Origin: Eledone cirrhosa
Taxonomy: Eukaryota
NCBI GenBank assembly: GCA_964016885.1
Contig: OZ024743.1
Coordinates: 342,364,001-342,428,000 of the forward strand
Reading direction: 5' to 3'
DNA length: 64,000 bases
Shown here: positions 1 to 12,849 of the stretch, piece by piece
Numbering within the stretch: position 1 is the stretch's first letter
How the letters are laid out: each line of letters opens with the position of its first letter
Made by a program: the position numbers and the translations under genes
Notes under the pieces: generated by a model
Told to the model about the DNA's origin: nothing
The model's input: the letters and a program-made list of their open reading frames with translations, nothing else
Databases searched by the model: none

Positions 1-1285
1 AAGGTCGCTAAACACACTTTGTAAACTATGGGCTATGTAAATACCTACTAAATCTGTGACTTGAGCCAAGTCGTTAGCCCCCATCGTGATGTCAAAGTTA
101 TTTAATCTATCCTTACGTTCCCAATAGGCGTTTTCAAATTTAATTATTGTTTTCCTAGCAGCTAATATGATTTTTATCTCGTCGTCTGTTATGTCAGAAT
201 TGGCTTTGGCGAATGCTAAGGCTTTATCTAAGGTGTTGGGGGATATAGATGAGTAATAATCGTTAATGTCAAATTGTATAAATTTAGATACTTCTTTGTT
301 AGCTATATTGTTAAACCACTTAATTGTTTCGGTAGCGTTACCCCATAGTTGAATCACTAGTTTATTCTTCATTTGTGTTATCACTCTGTCTAATATATGT
401 TTACTAATTTTCCCGATGTCCTATTTGGACGGGTATATAAGTCTAATTGTGGGGTTATAATCAAAATTTACCTTGTGGTCCTTGAGGTTAAATGTGGGGG
501 TACATGGCCTAAGTGGCTCCGTTCTGTCGTCTATTCCTAGGTGTTTGACTATATTGTGTGCCTCGTTGTTGATGTTTATCAGTGGCGCCTCATTAGTTTT
601 TTTGTATTTCCTATGTAATTCCTTCCGTATGAAGCTATTGTATGTATTAACATCCATCGTATACACATTTGATGTTTTGTCCGCTTTGACAATAATTCCA
701 TTGGTGGTTCGCAGCTTTTTTAGGAATGTATTTATGTCATTCTGGAGTTTATTATTCCACCACTTTTTGAATTTAATATTCATAATCATCTTCAGTAAGT
801 CCTGTTCAAAGGCATCCAGTTGAGGGTTGGTAGGTGGGTTCTTAGACGATTTGAAGCCGTATGTTTCCTTGTTGTATTCCACGGTGCGACCATTACGTCC
901 TTTGTCGAAATGGAAAGTTTTCCATCTAACTCTGCGTATAAAGTCGTTTGTTCGCTGTATCATCCCGAGGGTATAATCCTTTCTCCGAGGTATAGGAATG
1001 TTCTTTAGGGACATACCTATGTAATGCTTTTCCATAGTAGTACCGTATGTTTAGGTGGTTGCTCGACCGATAAGGAGCCTGTAGTTAGAGGAGCAAAAAA
1101 TTGCTTATTGTGATCCAGTTCTTGGTTAAGAAAGCCAGTTTCATGGATGGTTTCAACCTACGGTTAGGGGTAACTCCAGAAGTTTGTAAGAATTCCGTTC
1201 AATCTTGGAGTATGAAGTATAAAAGAGAAAACACAGGTAAGCATTAAGAGAAGGATTGTATCCAGGTATTGACGACCGTTTCATT

Positions 1286-1290
<5 letters not shown>
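1..1290 (-). mobile_element. Penelope-like element, 5' part (N-terminal region + RT), runs off the window start
   Basis: ORF 1035-421 (FIRRVRWK, ETYGFKS, IVKADKTSNVY, LKDHK..F...PTIRLI) continues in frame past a TAG into KFIQFDINDYYSSI and FDITMGANDLAQVTDLVGIYI (RT motifs A/B). The 5' leader starts with the 3' half of a hammerhead (GAAACGGTCGTC) next to (TA)n. Confidence 0.9.
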
Positions 1291-1349
<59 letters not shown>

Positions 1350-1417
1350 CAAGGTTTAGCAAATAGAGAAAAAGTTTTTAAATAAATTTTAAAAAGTTTA
1401 CTGTACTTACTATATTT

Positions 1418-1501
1418 ACCCTTACCGCGCGGTTTCAAGTCTCAAAATAAATGGATAATCCATGCAGAACACTATTGAGAAGGAGACTTTCGTCAGAGGG
1501 T
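1418..1501 (-). ncRNA. Type I hammerhead ribozyme
   Basis: Minus strand reads ACCCT-CTGACGA-AAGTCTC[long loop]GAGACTT-GAAA-CCGCGCGG-TA-AGGGT: canonical core, stems I/II/III pair, palindromic stem III, GUA site. Confidence 0.9.
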
Positions 1502-1632
1502 TCTTCTCTCTCGGAGAATAGAAAATTTCCGAGTTCAAATCACGAACTGGCGCCGTACAATGTCCTGCCACTATAAATAGCAGCAGTTAAAACGACCAAA
1601 ATGTTATCTCGATATTAGGGGAGATTAATAAT

Positions 1633-1820
1633 AATTGTTTCTACTTTTGGCACAAGGCCAGCAAATTACCAAGTGTATTACTGGTACTTTATTTTATCGA
1701 CCCTGTAAGGATGAAAGGCAAAGTTAACCTCGGCGAGATTTGAACTCAGATCATAAAGGGACGTAACTCTATGCTTCAAAGCATGGTGTCCGACTCTCTA
1801 CCGATACTGCCAATCCACCA
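1633..1820 (-). mobile_element. tRNA-derived SINE (family A, Meta-like central domain)
   Basis: A-box-like TGGCAGTATCGG, B-box GAGTTCAAATC, core GCCTTTCATCCTTAC.GGGTCGATAAAATAAAGTACCAG; many copies in the window. Confidence 0.9.
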
Positions 1821-1893
1821 ATAAAGTATGTTTTCCTACGTGCAAAAAATGCATAGAGAGAGAGAGAGAGAGTGGGAGAGATAGGGAGAGAGA

Positions 1894-1955
<62 letters not shown>

Positions 1956-1958
1956 TAG

Positions 1959-2021
<63 letters not shown>

Positions 2022-2478
2022 CACAAAGAGGTATGTGTTTAATTATAGGGGATAGAGAACCACCAGAGTGAAGAACATATTGTCTTCGAAAGGAAAGGAG
2101 AATACAGATCAATTAAAGGAATAAATTAATTTGTACTAAGCATCCAATAACTATAACACCTGGACATACTCTAACTATAGTATGTTTCGCCATAATAAGT
2201 GTAGATTCCATATTGCAGACAGTTTGTCAACATTTGGGTAACAATATGGTCTACACTTCTAAAAATATATTAAATAACTAAAATACGCACATGGTGAAGA
2301 GGAGAAAACGCGAGCGTGATACAGCCCATGGTGGCGTACATGGACTAAAAGATCGCTAAAAACAGCAGCTCAGAACCATTCAACTTAAGAAGCTCTACTT
2401 ACATATAGAAATGAATTAGGAGCCAATATATCAAAATAAAAAACGGAGTTAAAGACTCACGTTAACCCCCTATAATTT

Positions 2479-2667
2479 AATTGTTTCTACTTTTGGCACA
2501 AGGCCAGCAAATTACCCAGTGCATTACTGGTACTATTTTATCGACCCCGTAAGGATGAAAGGCAAAGTTAACCTCGGCGGGATTTGAACTCAGAATGGCA
2601 AGGGCTGTAACTCTATGCGTCAAAGCATGGAGTCCGACTCTCTACTGATACTGCCAATCCACCGCCC
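2479..2667 (-). mobile_element. SINE family A, full length with TSD
   Basis: Same consensus; flanked by the direct repeat TTAACCCCCTAT (2462, 2668). Confidence 0.92.
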
Positions 2668-2789
2668 TTAACCCCCTATCATTAAATGAGCTCAAAATTC
2701 ATAGTGGATGGTCTTCAAAATGTTTTAAAATAAAATATACAGTATATTATCAAATATATTATACATACATTCATATATGTATATATATA

Positions 2790-2944
2790 TCCCGCTCATC
2801 CTCTTAATCTATTTTATTCCTCATTCTTTCTTCTGATGAAGGACTAGCAGTCCGAAACGACCCTCTTTCTGCTATATCAAGCGTTAACCTAATATATACC
2901 CCCAATATACTGTACCGATTGTGTTCTTATTTCTGTTTACCTTT

Positions 2945-2950
<6 letters not shown>
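2790..2950 (+). mobile_element. Solo PLE pLTR fragment with damaged minimal hammerhead
   Basis: TCTT-CTGATGA-A-GGACT-AGC-AGTCC-GAAAC at 2829-2858, cleavage site deleted relative to relatives at ~46170 and ~51790; shares their downstream tail. Confidence 0.7.
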
Positions 2951-2974
<24 letters not shown>

Positions 2975-2978
<4 letters not shown>

Positions 2979-3166
2979 ACGAAGGAAATGTGGTAAGGAA
3001 CCAGGTGGACCATAACGCACCAAAGTACTCAATACTTGAGGTAGTAGAGTGGGTAATAGGAACCAGTAAGACCCCGACAGCTGAGCTCAAGCCGTTTCGA
3101 CGGCTAATTCTGTCCAGAATTAGCCGTCGAAACGGCTTGAGCTCAGCTGTCGGGGTCTTACTGGTT

Positions 3167-3171
<5 letters not shown>
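2975..3171. mobile_element. Fold-back PLE pLTR fragment in (TA)n
   Basis: 57-bp perfect inverted arms (3056-3112 / 3115-3171); left part nearly identical to 43503-43640. Confidence 0.85.
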
Positions 3172-3241
<70 letters not shown>

Positions 3242-3672
3242 CTTAGAGTTTACACTCAATGGGGTCATTTACAATTATTTCAGCCCTAAGAATCGCTTCT
3301 GAGCAGAATAAATTAATATTTGATAAACATTTACATGTTTTAGTTGCAATTGACTAATAAAATCGTTAGAATGAAATATCTTAATTCAAATACATATAGT
3401 TTGCCTGTACGATCTAAAAAATAATAAATCAATACTCACAAACCCATATGGGCATATATATTTCGTTTGTGAATTTGTTTAGCAAGATTCTTTATCTGAA
3501 AATGTGTGTTGAAACCGATATTGTTATGCTTTGGGAGGGTCATGTTGCCAATAAGAAACACACGCACCAGTTGATTTCACTCCAATTTATTACAAATTAA
3601 ATTTATAGATTTAAGAATTTGTAAATTTCCCGTCGCTTGGTTGGTTCCATAACCGGACGGTTGTTCATATAT

Positions 3673-3716
3673 TGTCAATGTTCTTTCGTCACACATACTG
3701 TGACCTCTTCAGTGAC
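3673..3716 (-). ncRNA. Minimal hammerhead in inverted pLTR (cleavage triplet mutated)
   Basis: GTCA-CTGAAGA-G-GTCACA-GTATG-TGTGAC-GAAA-GAAC-AT-TGAC. Confidence 0.7.
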
Positions 3717-5031
3717 GTAGCGGGTTGATGATATAAACATCGTAGTTAAAACACCCCCACTAGAGAACAGCATGACTAGAGAACACCATGGAAAGCATCC
3801 AGCAAATAGCTAATTCCATTCACCAGAGTATTAGAGTTACTATAGACTACCCAAGCAAACACCCCAACCATCGATTACCTATACTAGACACAGAGCTCTG
3901 GTTAGAAACCATTAATAACAAAAAAACAAATGATCCATTCCCATTATGCCAAACCTATGACATCCAAATATCTGATCCACCGCAACTCAGCGGTTTCGGA
4001 TCACACCAAAATCAACATACTGATTGCGGATTTGGTACGGCTGATGAGGAACGTGTCCCGCATGTGCAACCCCAAAGAACTAGAGAGACACATGCAACAC
4101 TTCATCCACCGTATGCAGTTCTCTGGTTACAATCAGAGAGATAAAATGAGAGTATATAGAGGAGCCAGAACCAAATGGGAGAAAATGGTAAATAATGATA
4201 CAAATGGGACCTGCCCCTTGTATAGGAGCAAATTTTGGAATAGAATAGAAAGAACTAAGAATAAGTTTAATAGAATACACTCATGGTATGATAGCAATAA
4301 ATACCAGAGTGTAATGTTCATCAATACAACCCCTAGAGGTGAATTAGCTTACAAATTTAGAAGGGCCCTAGATAAGCATAAACTTAATATTAAGATAGTA
4401 GAAAGACCAGTGCCTCCATAAAAACAATTATTAGCAATATATACCCTTTTCAAAGACCTCCCTGTATACATAAGGAATGCATAATCTGTAAACTAAGCCC
4501 CCATATTAACTGTAAAACTAGAAATGTAGTGTATAGCATAAGATGTACTGAAGGACAATGTAAAGATAAGAATATAGTGTACATAGGTGAGACAGCTCGT
4601 AGCATAGGAGAACGGTTAAATGAACACTGGTGAGAACTTCAAGATAAAAAAGAATCATCAATACTCTACCAACATGCATAAGGGCAAATTAGAGAACATA
4701 GAAATAAAAATAGAATTTCCACACAGAAAAGACGCAATATTTAGACAAATCATAGAGGCAATAAACATAAATGAACTCCAACCAAAATTAAATCGAAAAT
4801 AAGAATGGAATAGCAACATCACAACTTACAATTAAGGACAAAATGAAAACACACACACACATAGAACGAACAACTAACTAGTAACATGTAAATAAACAAA
4901 TAAATAAACAAATAAAAACACACACAGACACACGGATATAACACATGCACAAACTAAGCACACAATACACACAAAAATAAGATGGCGTAGGACAGAACAA
5001 AGGAAAGGCACAAAACAAAGAAAAGAACCCA

Positions 5032-5076
5032 TGTCACTGAAGAGGTCACATAATGTGTGACGAAAGAACTTTGACA
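5032..5076 (+). ncRNA. Minimal type I hammerhead in 3' pLTR
   Basis: TGTCA-CTGAAGA-G-GTCACA-TAATG-TGTGAC-GAAA-GAAC-TT-TGACA. Confidence 0.85.
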
Positions 5077-5585
5077 CTATATGAACAATAGTCCGGTTTT
5101 GGAACCAACCAACCAACCGGAAATTTATAAATTCTTCAATTTATAAATTTAATCTATAATAAATTGGAGTGAAAGCACTGGTGCGTGTGTTTCTTATTAG
5201 CAACATGACCCTCCCAAAGCATATATATATATATATCAATTATCAAATCACTCTGTGGACAACCAGGTCAATCAACAAACAATCTTCTTGTCGAGAATAA
5301 GACCCATCACGACGGAATTTGCCAATATATCAGATAACCAAGCAATCGTAAATATCGTTGATGAGTTTCCACTGGATGCTGGAAGACAGGTAATGGGTGT
5401 ACAAAGCTGCAGCACCCAATCAGTCATCCAGCGTTCAGAGGTTTCTATGTTGCGACGGATGAGAAATTGTTTTCGTCAGAATAAACTCTTGTGTTTCTTT
5501 TTTTTTTATTTCCCTTTTTTATTATTTCGCATTATTATGCTGTTTGCATAATTTTGAAATGTCACCATTCTGGATAGCATTATTT

Positions 5586-5800
5586 GGCGACGGATTGGCA
5601 GTATCGGTAGAACGTTGGACAACATGTTTCACGGCATTGAGTTACGACTCTTTACGTTCTGAGTTCAAATCCCGCCGAGGTTAGCTTTGCCTTTCATCCT
5701 TACGGGGTCGATAAAATAAAGTACCAATCACGCACAGGAGTCGATTTAATCGACTTTCCATCTCACCAAAATTGCTGGCTTTGTCCCTAAAGTAGAAATC
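5586..5800 (+). mobile_element. SINE family A (long variant)
   Basis: A/B boxes and core, plus the extra GTCGATTTAATCGAC hairpin segment. Confidence 0.88.
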
Positions 5801-6326
5801 ATTATTTGATACCCTACATTTAGCAACCCCATCACCCTACACACACATTAACGGCCAGTTAGCATCAGGACATGCAAGGGCTACAATGTCATAAATCTCG
5901 GAGAAAGAAAACCCCCATTTATAAAAATAAGCCAAATGACATGACTTCCTGCATCATACAAATAGTTCTTAACATCATACTGGAAGAGTTAACCACTAAT
6001 AGTAAGTTTTTGGTGGTCTGCGAACATTATCTCAAAAGATAGCCAAGAGAAAATTGCATTAGGAAGGTTAGTGCGTGGGACATTCTATAACATTATAGCC
6101 CTAAATCATTGGTATGAAAACCAATACTTGAAGACATTCACCGTGGTAGACAACTCTTCGACTTGACTTATATATTTCAAACGACACCCGATTGAATAGT
6201 GAATCACAAATCAAACTGTGGTGGCGGATTGAAACATCTAGCATGGTTATATTTTCCTGGTTCGATCAGGAGATTCACTGACACAATATTATACACCGAC
6301 ACACAGACACGCACATAGCACCTCAC

Positions 6327-6402
<76 letters not shown>

Positions 6403-6403
<1 letters not shown>

Positions 6404-6786
6404 CCTGTTCCCACATCACCAACACCACCACCTTCCAGGGTCCCAACGGCCACTCTCTCTCTGTCCGGCATGCCTTCGGCTGCACCTCCTCCAACCTAGT
6501 CTACGGACTTCGCTGCACGGAGTGCAGCGCAACCTACGTCGGACAGACTGGACGTCGCCTGGCGGACCTGTTTACTGAACACCTCCGAGATATTCGTCTC
6601 GGTGGTACTTCCCCCATCGCCCGCCACTTTGGTGCCCCTGGACATTCCGCACACCACCTCACAGTCTGTGGCCTACTCCAATGCCACGGAACACCCGCCA
6701 CTCTCCTCAGGGTCGAACAACGAACCATCTTCACCCTACAGACCCACACTGCCCCTGGCCTGAACTCCCCACCCTTATTCCTTTAG
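6403..6786 (+). pseudogene. GIY-YIG endonuclease domain of a 5'-truncated PLE (open frame, no ATG)
   Basis: Manual translation: FGCTSSNLVYGLRCTECSATYVGQTGRRLADLFTEHLRDIR...PIARHF...RVEQRTIFTLQTHTAPGLN; starts at a (TA)n tract. Confidence 0.9.
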
Positions 6787-6879
6787 CAACAAATTGCTGG
6801 GAAGAGAGCACTTCCCTCTCCACCCTGATTTTTCTTTTCAAATTAAATTTGAAAAGGTTAATGAGGGCATCACCGAAGA

Positions 6880-9195
6880 GGTAAGTGCTCGTCATCAGCC
6901 CTTTCAAACGCGTCCACCACACGACCTCTTTCGCTAAGGCCACCAGGCAGATAAAAACTGCCTGCCTTCCCGGCTAAAAGAAGGCGGCGGGGCAATCCTC
7001 ACGATGGACTCAGCTGATAGCCGGATCCATCCTACACGCAACGGCAGGTGTTCGACATAAACCCAGAAGTCAGCAATGCTCAGACACTGGACGAGTACGT
7101 GCGGTTTCGTCGCCCTGTAGAGTTTATCCGAACTGGCAAAGCTCCCTGGTAGCACTGCTTGGCCAGGGGTTTCTGGAAGTTGTCCATGGCCCCAGGCCCG
7201 AAAGTTCTCCCGAGGAAATTGGCTAGTTGTCGACACCCAGCGTTTCCCCAAGGACGTTGTCGCTCTTTCCCTCCACTAACCCTCTATAGAACGCCAAGGT
7301 GGCGTTTCCATCAATCGCATCGCCCGATTGGTCGAGTGTTGTGAGCGCCTACATATACTCCAAACGCGTCTAGCAAACGGCGACCACACCTGTTCACCGC
7401 CGAGGAAGGGGTGGAGATGCCGTAGCCTGGGCGCATGTCTGCACATCATCAGCCATGACATGCACAGGTGTTGACAGCAGATGGACCGCCTGATCATGGG
7501 AGCACGTTCCTTCCACAAAATGTGAAAGTGCAATCGCTCCAGCGCAGCCAAGCGAGGCTTAGAACAAAGTACGATGGTCAGGTGGTAGTAGATTACGGAC
7601 GCGATGTACGCGTTCGCCACTTCAACTCGACCCTTCAGAGACAGCTTCCTCTCGGCCGATTTCTGGGTGAGAGAGGCCAACCTGCTTGTCATCACCACCC
7701 AGTTTTTGTCCGTATGGAGGTCCAGACTGAACCAGAGCCCTAGCAATTTAACCGGTCCGTCCAGCACCCAACGACGCTGTTGGACGGCATGGACTTGCCT
7801 TTCCAGGTGCCGACCCGCAGGCACACCGACTTTTCCTCGTGTCACCGCCTCATATTCTCTTAGTGTAGTCCCGATCGTCTCGATGTCCTTGGCGCTCGAC
7901 ACCACTACGGTGATGTCGTCTGCATATTCACGGTTATCCCGCGCCCCAGCTCGCGCGGGCCGCCCCTCAACGTTTATGCAGTAATGGCTCGAGAATCATA
8001 CGAACAGCAGGGACATTCTTGGCGGACCGAGAGCATGACGTTGAGCGGTTTCGAAAGGTGACCGTTCACTCTTATCACAGAGCAGATGTCGCTGTGCATT
8101 GCAGCGATCCAGCCTCTGAAGATGGGCCCAAAGCCGGCCGCCCTCAAGATCGCTTCCAGAATACCATGGTCGACCCTATCGAAACATTTCGACTGATCTA
8201 AATTGATCGAGGCCCCACCCGTGACAGGTTCGTTAGCTACCTTCGCCACGGTGTATCGCATGAAATGGAGGTTATCGTGGATGGATCTATCTGGAATGGC
8301 CCATGTCTGCGCCTATCCCACCAGCCCATCGACGACAAGCGCCAACCTCTTTGCTTAGCTTCTCGGCCAAAATCTTGAACTCTGCGTTTAGCAGAGCTAT
8401 GGGACTGAAATTATATTTCTTGCCCCCCTTGTTCGGTTCTTTCTCAGTACCGTTACCGCTCCTCGGTTCACAAAGCTGGGAATTTTCCCGTTCTGCTGCC
8501 AGTTGCAGTAGACGTCCGCCCAGAGGTCGCCGAACAAATCTGACATATGTATGTAAAGCTGACAATCCAAATCAGGGGATTTATCCACCGTGCTGTCAGT
8601 CATTGCTACCTGTACTTCAGCGGCTGTTGTCGGCTTTTCGCCACACTCTGCCTTAGTGGCCGAGATCCGCTGCATTCTGTCGATGTAGGCACTAAAATCC
8701 ATCCTGCGATCCGACCCGCCGCTGATCCCCGAACAGCTGAGTGAAGTGCCGCTGAAAAGCCGCACATATTTGTTCGGGTTCGAGTAACGTGTGCCCGCTT
8801 GGTCCTCCAGAACTGGATCGTGGCTTTGTTGCCACGACACACCTCCGCCATTCGGGCCCATTGAACGGCTTTTGTCCCCTTTTGTCTGAGAGCACGTGCC
8901 CTAGCTTTGACAACGCAGCTTTCGTCCTTTGCGTTGAAGAATTGGTCGAATGCCAACTTCACTGCAAGCACGTCGGTCGCGATGCCTTTACTAAGTGCCT
9001 CGTCTAACTTTCTAATTAGTTCTCCCTCTGCTCTATATTTCTCTATTGCTAACGCCTTACTAAACCTAATGGACTCTATTATAATCGCCCTTTTCAGGGC
9101 GAACCACCATTTGGTGTTGACGAATGCCCCCGTCAACGCCCGCTTAACTAGTTCACTAATCCGGTCTCTGTAGGCTTTGCACGCTGTCAACGACG
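6880..9195 (-). mobile_element. Tx1/L1-clade LINE ORF2 fragment, frameshifted
   Basis: GC-rich island with PIALLNAEFKILA, LDQSKCFDRVDH, SVRQECP, AYADDITVVVS, KLSLKGRVEVANAYIAS. Confidence 0.9.
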
Positions 9196-10074
9196 CATGA
9201 AATCTTCAACGATTAATTGAAAGTATTAATCAACAGTTAAGACCCGGTAGTTTCCATAGTTCATTGTACGTATGCTGTACCTGGTTTATATTTTGATATT
9301 AGTGAAGCTTCCATAGTTACTATCATCGTAGTATTGTAGAGTTGTAGAAGATATATGTGTGTGTGAACCTGTGACTCATAAACATATTCTTCTGTCGATT
9401 CAATACACCTAATATTTTTCAATCAGATAGGTGCTGTTTGCATAGATATCTTCATGGAATCAGATGGATTATTTGATTATATTCATCTAGTTTCTCTAAC
9501 TTTTTAATTCTTTCCAGTGAATGCTCATAATTAGGAAAGATATAAGACTGTACAGAATCCCACAAGCGAGAAAAAATAAAATCTTTCAAAGCGAATTTTA
9601 TGAAAAGTAATTTTCAAGTATGATTTTTTTTTCTCTCTCGGCATTTGTTTTAAGTGATAAATGTGATAGAGTCAGGTTTCGTTCTGAATCGCAGACTAAA
9701 AGCAAAGGCAAGTACTTAATTTAACTATCCATAACGCAAGCAATTTCGCTGTGAGTAGATTACAAAGAGTTCGCTAATTTGATGTAGGGTATTGACACCA
9801 AATAATTGCTAAAATTTCGGTACTAACATTGATCAGTTAAATTACTATTGAAATAAACTAGAATTATTTTTTTTAAATACTGTATTATATAAGAGCTAGA
9901 TAGGAATCCTAGATCAACAATTAGCCTCTATATGGTTGCACAAACTGCTAGAAATAGCAACCGTACTGTCTAGAATGAAGAATACATTGTAGAAAGTGAC
10001 TCAAGGAAGATTATGCCTGAATAAAACACAGGATCTTCGCGACTGAAGCACCTTTTCTTTGGTACTAAATATCA

Positions 10075-10254
10075 ATTGGCAGTACCGGTAGAGGGTCGGA
10101 CGCCATGCTTTGCAGCATAGTTAGGTCCCTTTACGGTCTGAGTTCAAATCCCGTCGAGGTTAACTTTGCCTTTCATCCTTACGGGGTCGATAAAATAAAG
10201 TACCAGTAATGCACTGGGATAATTGCTGGCCTCGTGCTAAAAGTATAAACAATT
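10075..10254 (+). mobile_element. SINE family A
   Basis: Match to family consensus, short ATT tail. Confidence 0.88.
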
Positions 10255-11394
10255 ATATTATTATATCATCTTATATGTCTAAATCTAAGTCAAATAGCTT
10301 ATGTTAGATATAACATATTTTGAGTTTTGCTGGTGATATAGTTGATGTCTAAACAGGATATATTATATGTTATCCTTGTAAACCAAAGTCGGCTGGTTAT
10401 GACTAAAGTACATTTAACAATAGAGATAATGCCTCGTGACTGATTTGTGGCGAAACATTAAATAAGTAGCGCTATGCATTGAGCAAGACGTTTTAATAGA
10501 GTCACCATTACACCTAGAATTAGTCTTATCCCTCTTCAAAATAGGAAACTGTATAACATGGTCATCAGCGCGCCATATCAGAGAGAGAAATTATTCGTCC
10601 TGGGTAGAAAGCTTTTAATCAAAGGTCGATTCAGTTAACGTCAATCTAAATCAACAACAATAGTAATAAAGAATCATTGATATACGTGGTTCAATTTGGC
10701 CACCCACATACATCTTGTACAATGTTCCCATTTTGTTGACAAGGTAATAAGGTGTTACATATGTTATTATTGTTAGCAAAATATAGTAGAGGAGCTTAGA
10801 ACTGTTAATAGATTCTCAACTCTATTCATCATCTATGTGTAGTCTCTTTCTCTTAGTTCTGAACATGTATTTAGCCGGTCAATTTCCCGATATCAAAGTC
10901 GTAAAGAACAGGACATTTTCGTTCTCCCTTATGCAATCCTTTATCCTTTAAATCTTAAGAATGTTTTACATATGTTGAAACTTCCAGACATCGCGGCCAT
11001 TTATAGCTTATGAATTAAAGAGCTGCGTTTTGTTCTCCCCAAATCGAAGTACAGTCATACTAACAATAGGTATGAAACGTGTATCTTGGACACTGCATTT
11101 ATAAATCCCTCATCAATGGTCCGTAAGTATCTCCCTGCTCTTGTATTTTTCTTACTATATATATATATTGAGTGGCAGCGGACTTCTACAAAAGAGCATG
11201 TTTTTAATGTGTGGTCCCAATCATCATTATCAGGCCGGTTGTGGTTCAATTGCGCTTTCTTTTTATTTTCGTCTTCTGTAGTACATTCTAGAGTGTTCTC
11301 GCTACCACACTATGCCTTATGCGAACATTCTTTCACAGTTGGTAATGATGTAGCTAACAATTTCGGTATTTGCTTCACAATGCCTACATTTATT

Positions 11395-12785
11395 GTCATT
11401 TGATGACTTTCCACTTTTGTGCAGTAGGATCTTGGTGGGAAATTCATGTTCCTAGATTACATGGATGAATTCTTCAAAGTGGGATGTTATGAAGTCGTCG
11501 GACTCCATGTCTGGAATTTAGTATAGTTTAACCCCCTATGGTCTGTTGTTCATCTCCAATAGCCATGTACAAGGCTTCTCAATGAATTGGGCCTTTTTTA
11601 TTTTTTTCGGCTAAGTCTTTCAGTGTTCCCGAATGAAAGATTTGTGTCAGCTTTTATTTCCTGTCTCTCCTCTAGATCATAGATCCTCTTCTCAAGATCC
11701 GTTGCTATCCTAACAATATTGTGGATTTCATGTTAATAAAACTAGACAAGATAACTACTGATCTATTTTTTCTGTTGAAGTTGTTACTTCAATATCATTA
11801 TCCGGATCTCGTATAATATGGATTTTCGGCACAGGCCATCCTCCTTATGAGGGGAATATAGCCAACCCACATCACAATTGATGTTAAAGATTCCATTACC
11901 ACTAAGCCGATTGCGTGTACGTACACCCATCTCATTGAGTTCTGTGCAACAGTTGAGCAGGCCAAATGTTGGCGTTAGGATGGGCACAGCAACGTATTAT
12001 GGGCAATGTTCTTGTTATAGGCCAAGAGTTCTGAAGACCATATTCACATTGCATCTCCTGGGTTGGTCATTCCTGGTCCTCTCCTTTCATATCTGTAATT
12101 CTCATCCTGTCCAATATACGTAAAGATGATACCTGAATGTAGAGATTGTATCGTCAAGCCGTTCAGTTTTTGGTTCTCAGAGGAGGACACCTTTCTAAAT
12201 TTTATTGTCAAAAATACACATTTGCCTCACCAAATTTCATTCCAATGTTCGTAGATATTCAATTGCGTTTTAATGTGGTTGATAGTTGACCGATATAACT
12301 TCAGGTCATCGTTAAGTGAAAAGAAAATGGAGATACCTCTGAATCCATTTCTATGACAACTATGTTTGTGTGAAGGTATGATAGTGGGGATAACGAGAAG
12401 ACAAAGAGCAGCACTTATAAGCTATCACCCTACAAGATGCTTCTTTGGTAGTGAATAGTGTGAGATCCAACGTTTCTTCTTATCAACTCCAAGCGTTAGA
12501 TAGCAGCTACAAGTTTCTGAATTGCTTTGATTAACTCTCAAGCCCTGATAATCAAATCATGTGGCATACTGTTAAATGCCATCTGGTAGTCGAGCCACCA
12601 TACAGCCAGGTTCTTGCAATTCTTCACTGGTTTTCTTGAATCATTTTGTTAATGCTTTAAACAGCCTTACACTTCTTCCTTTCCCGCAGCTTCCTCAAGT
12701 GTTATGATGTTGTTGATGACACAATGATACTGCATGTACAGATTTAAGCTCCCAGTGTATAGTTTGAACATGATGTTTTGGCATG
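11395..12785 (-). mobile_element. Degenerate non-LTR RT fragment, R4/Dong-like (RLE type)
   Basis: Manual translation gives NIMFKLYTGSL, KNLAVWWLDYQMAFNSMPHDLI, LNDDLKLY; many stops and frameshifts. Clade assignment tentative. Confidence 0.7.
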
Positions 12786-12789
12786 TATG

Positions 12790-12823
<34 letters not shown>

Positions 12824-12849
12824 TGTATGTATGTATTATGTATTATGTT

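Larger units (their letters stand above)
3526..5222 (+). mobile_element. 5'-truncated Penelope-like element with inverted pLTR
   Basis: RT C-terminus (RLPILDTELW) then Cys-rich linker and GIY-YIG (NVVYSIRC...YIGETARSIGERLNEH, ~4460-4800), frameshifted. 3526-3720 is the reverse complement of ~5030-5222. Confidence 0.92.

Noticed and set aside
5255-5551. 98-aa ORF as a possible host exon
   Set aside because: No recognisable domain and no supporting neighbouring exons.
6855-6882. TTAATGAGGGCATCACCGAAG as a hammerhead after the GIY-YIG fragment
   Set aside because: Core too degenerate and truncated by the LINE.
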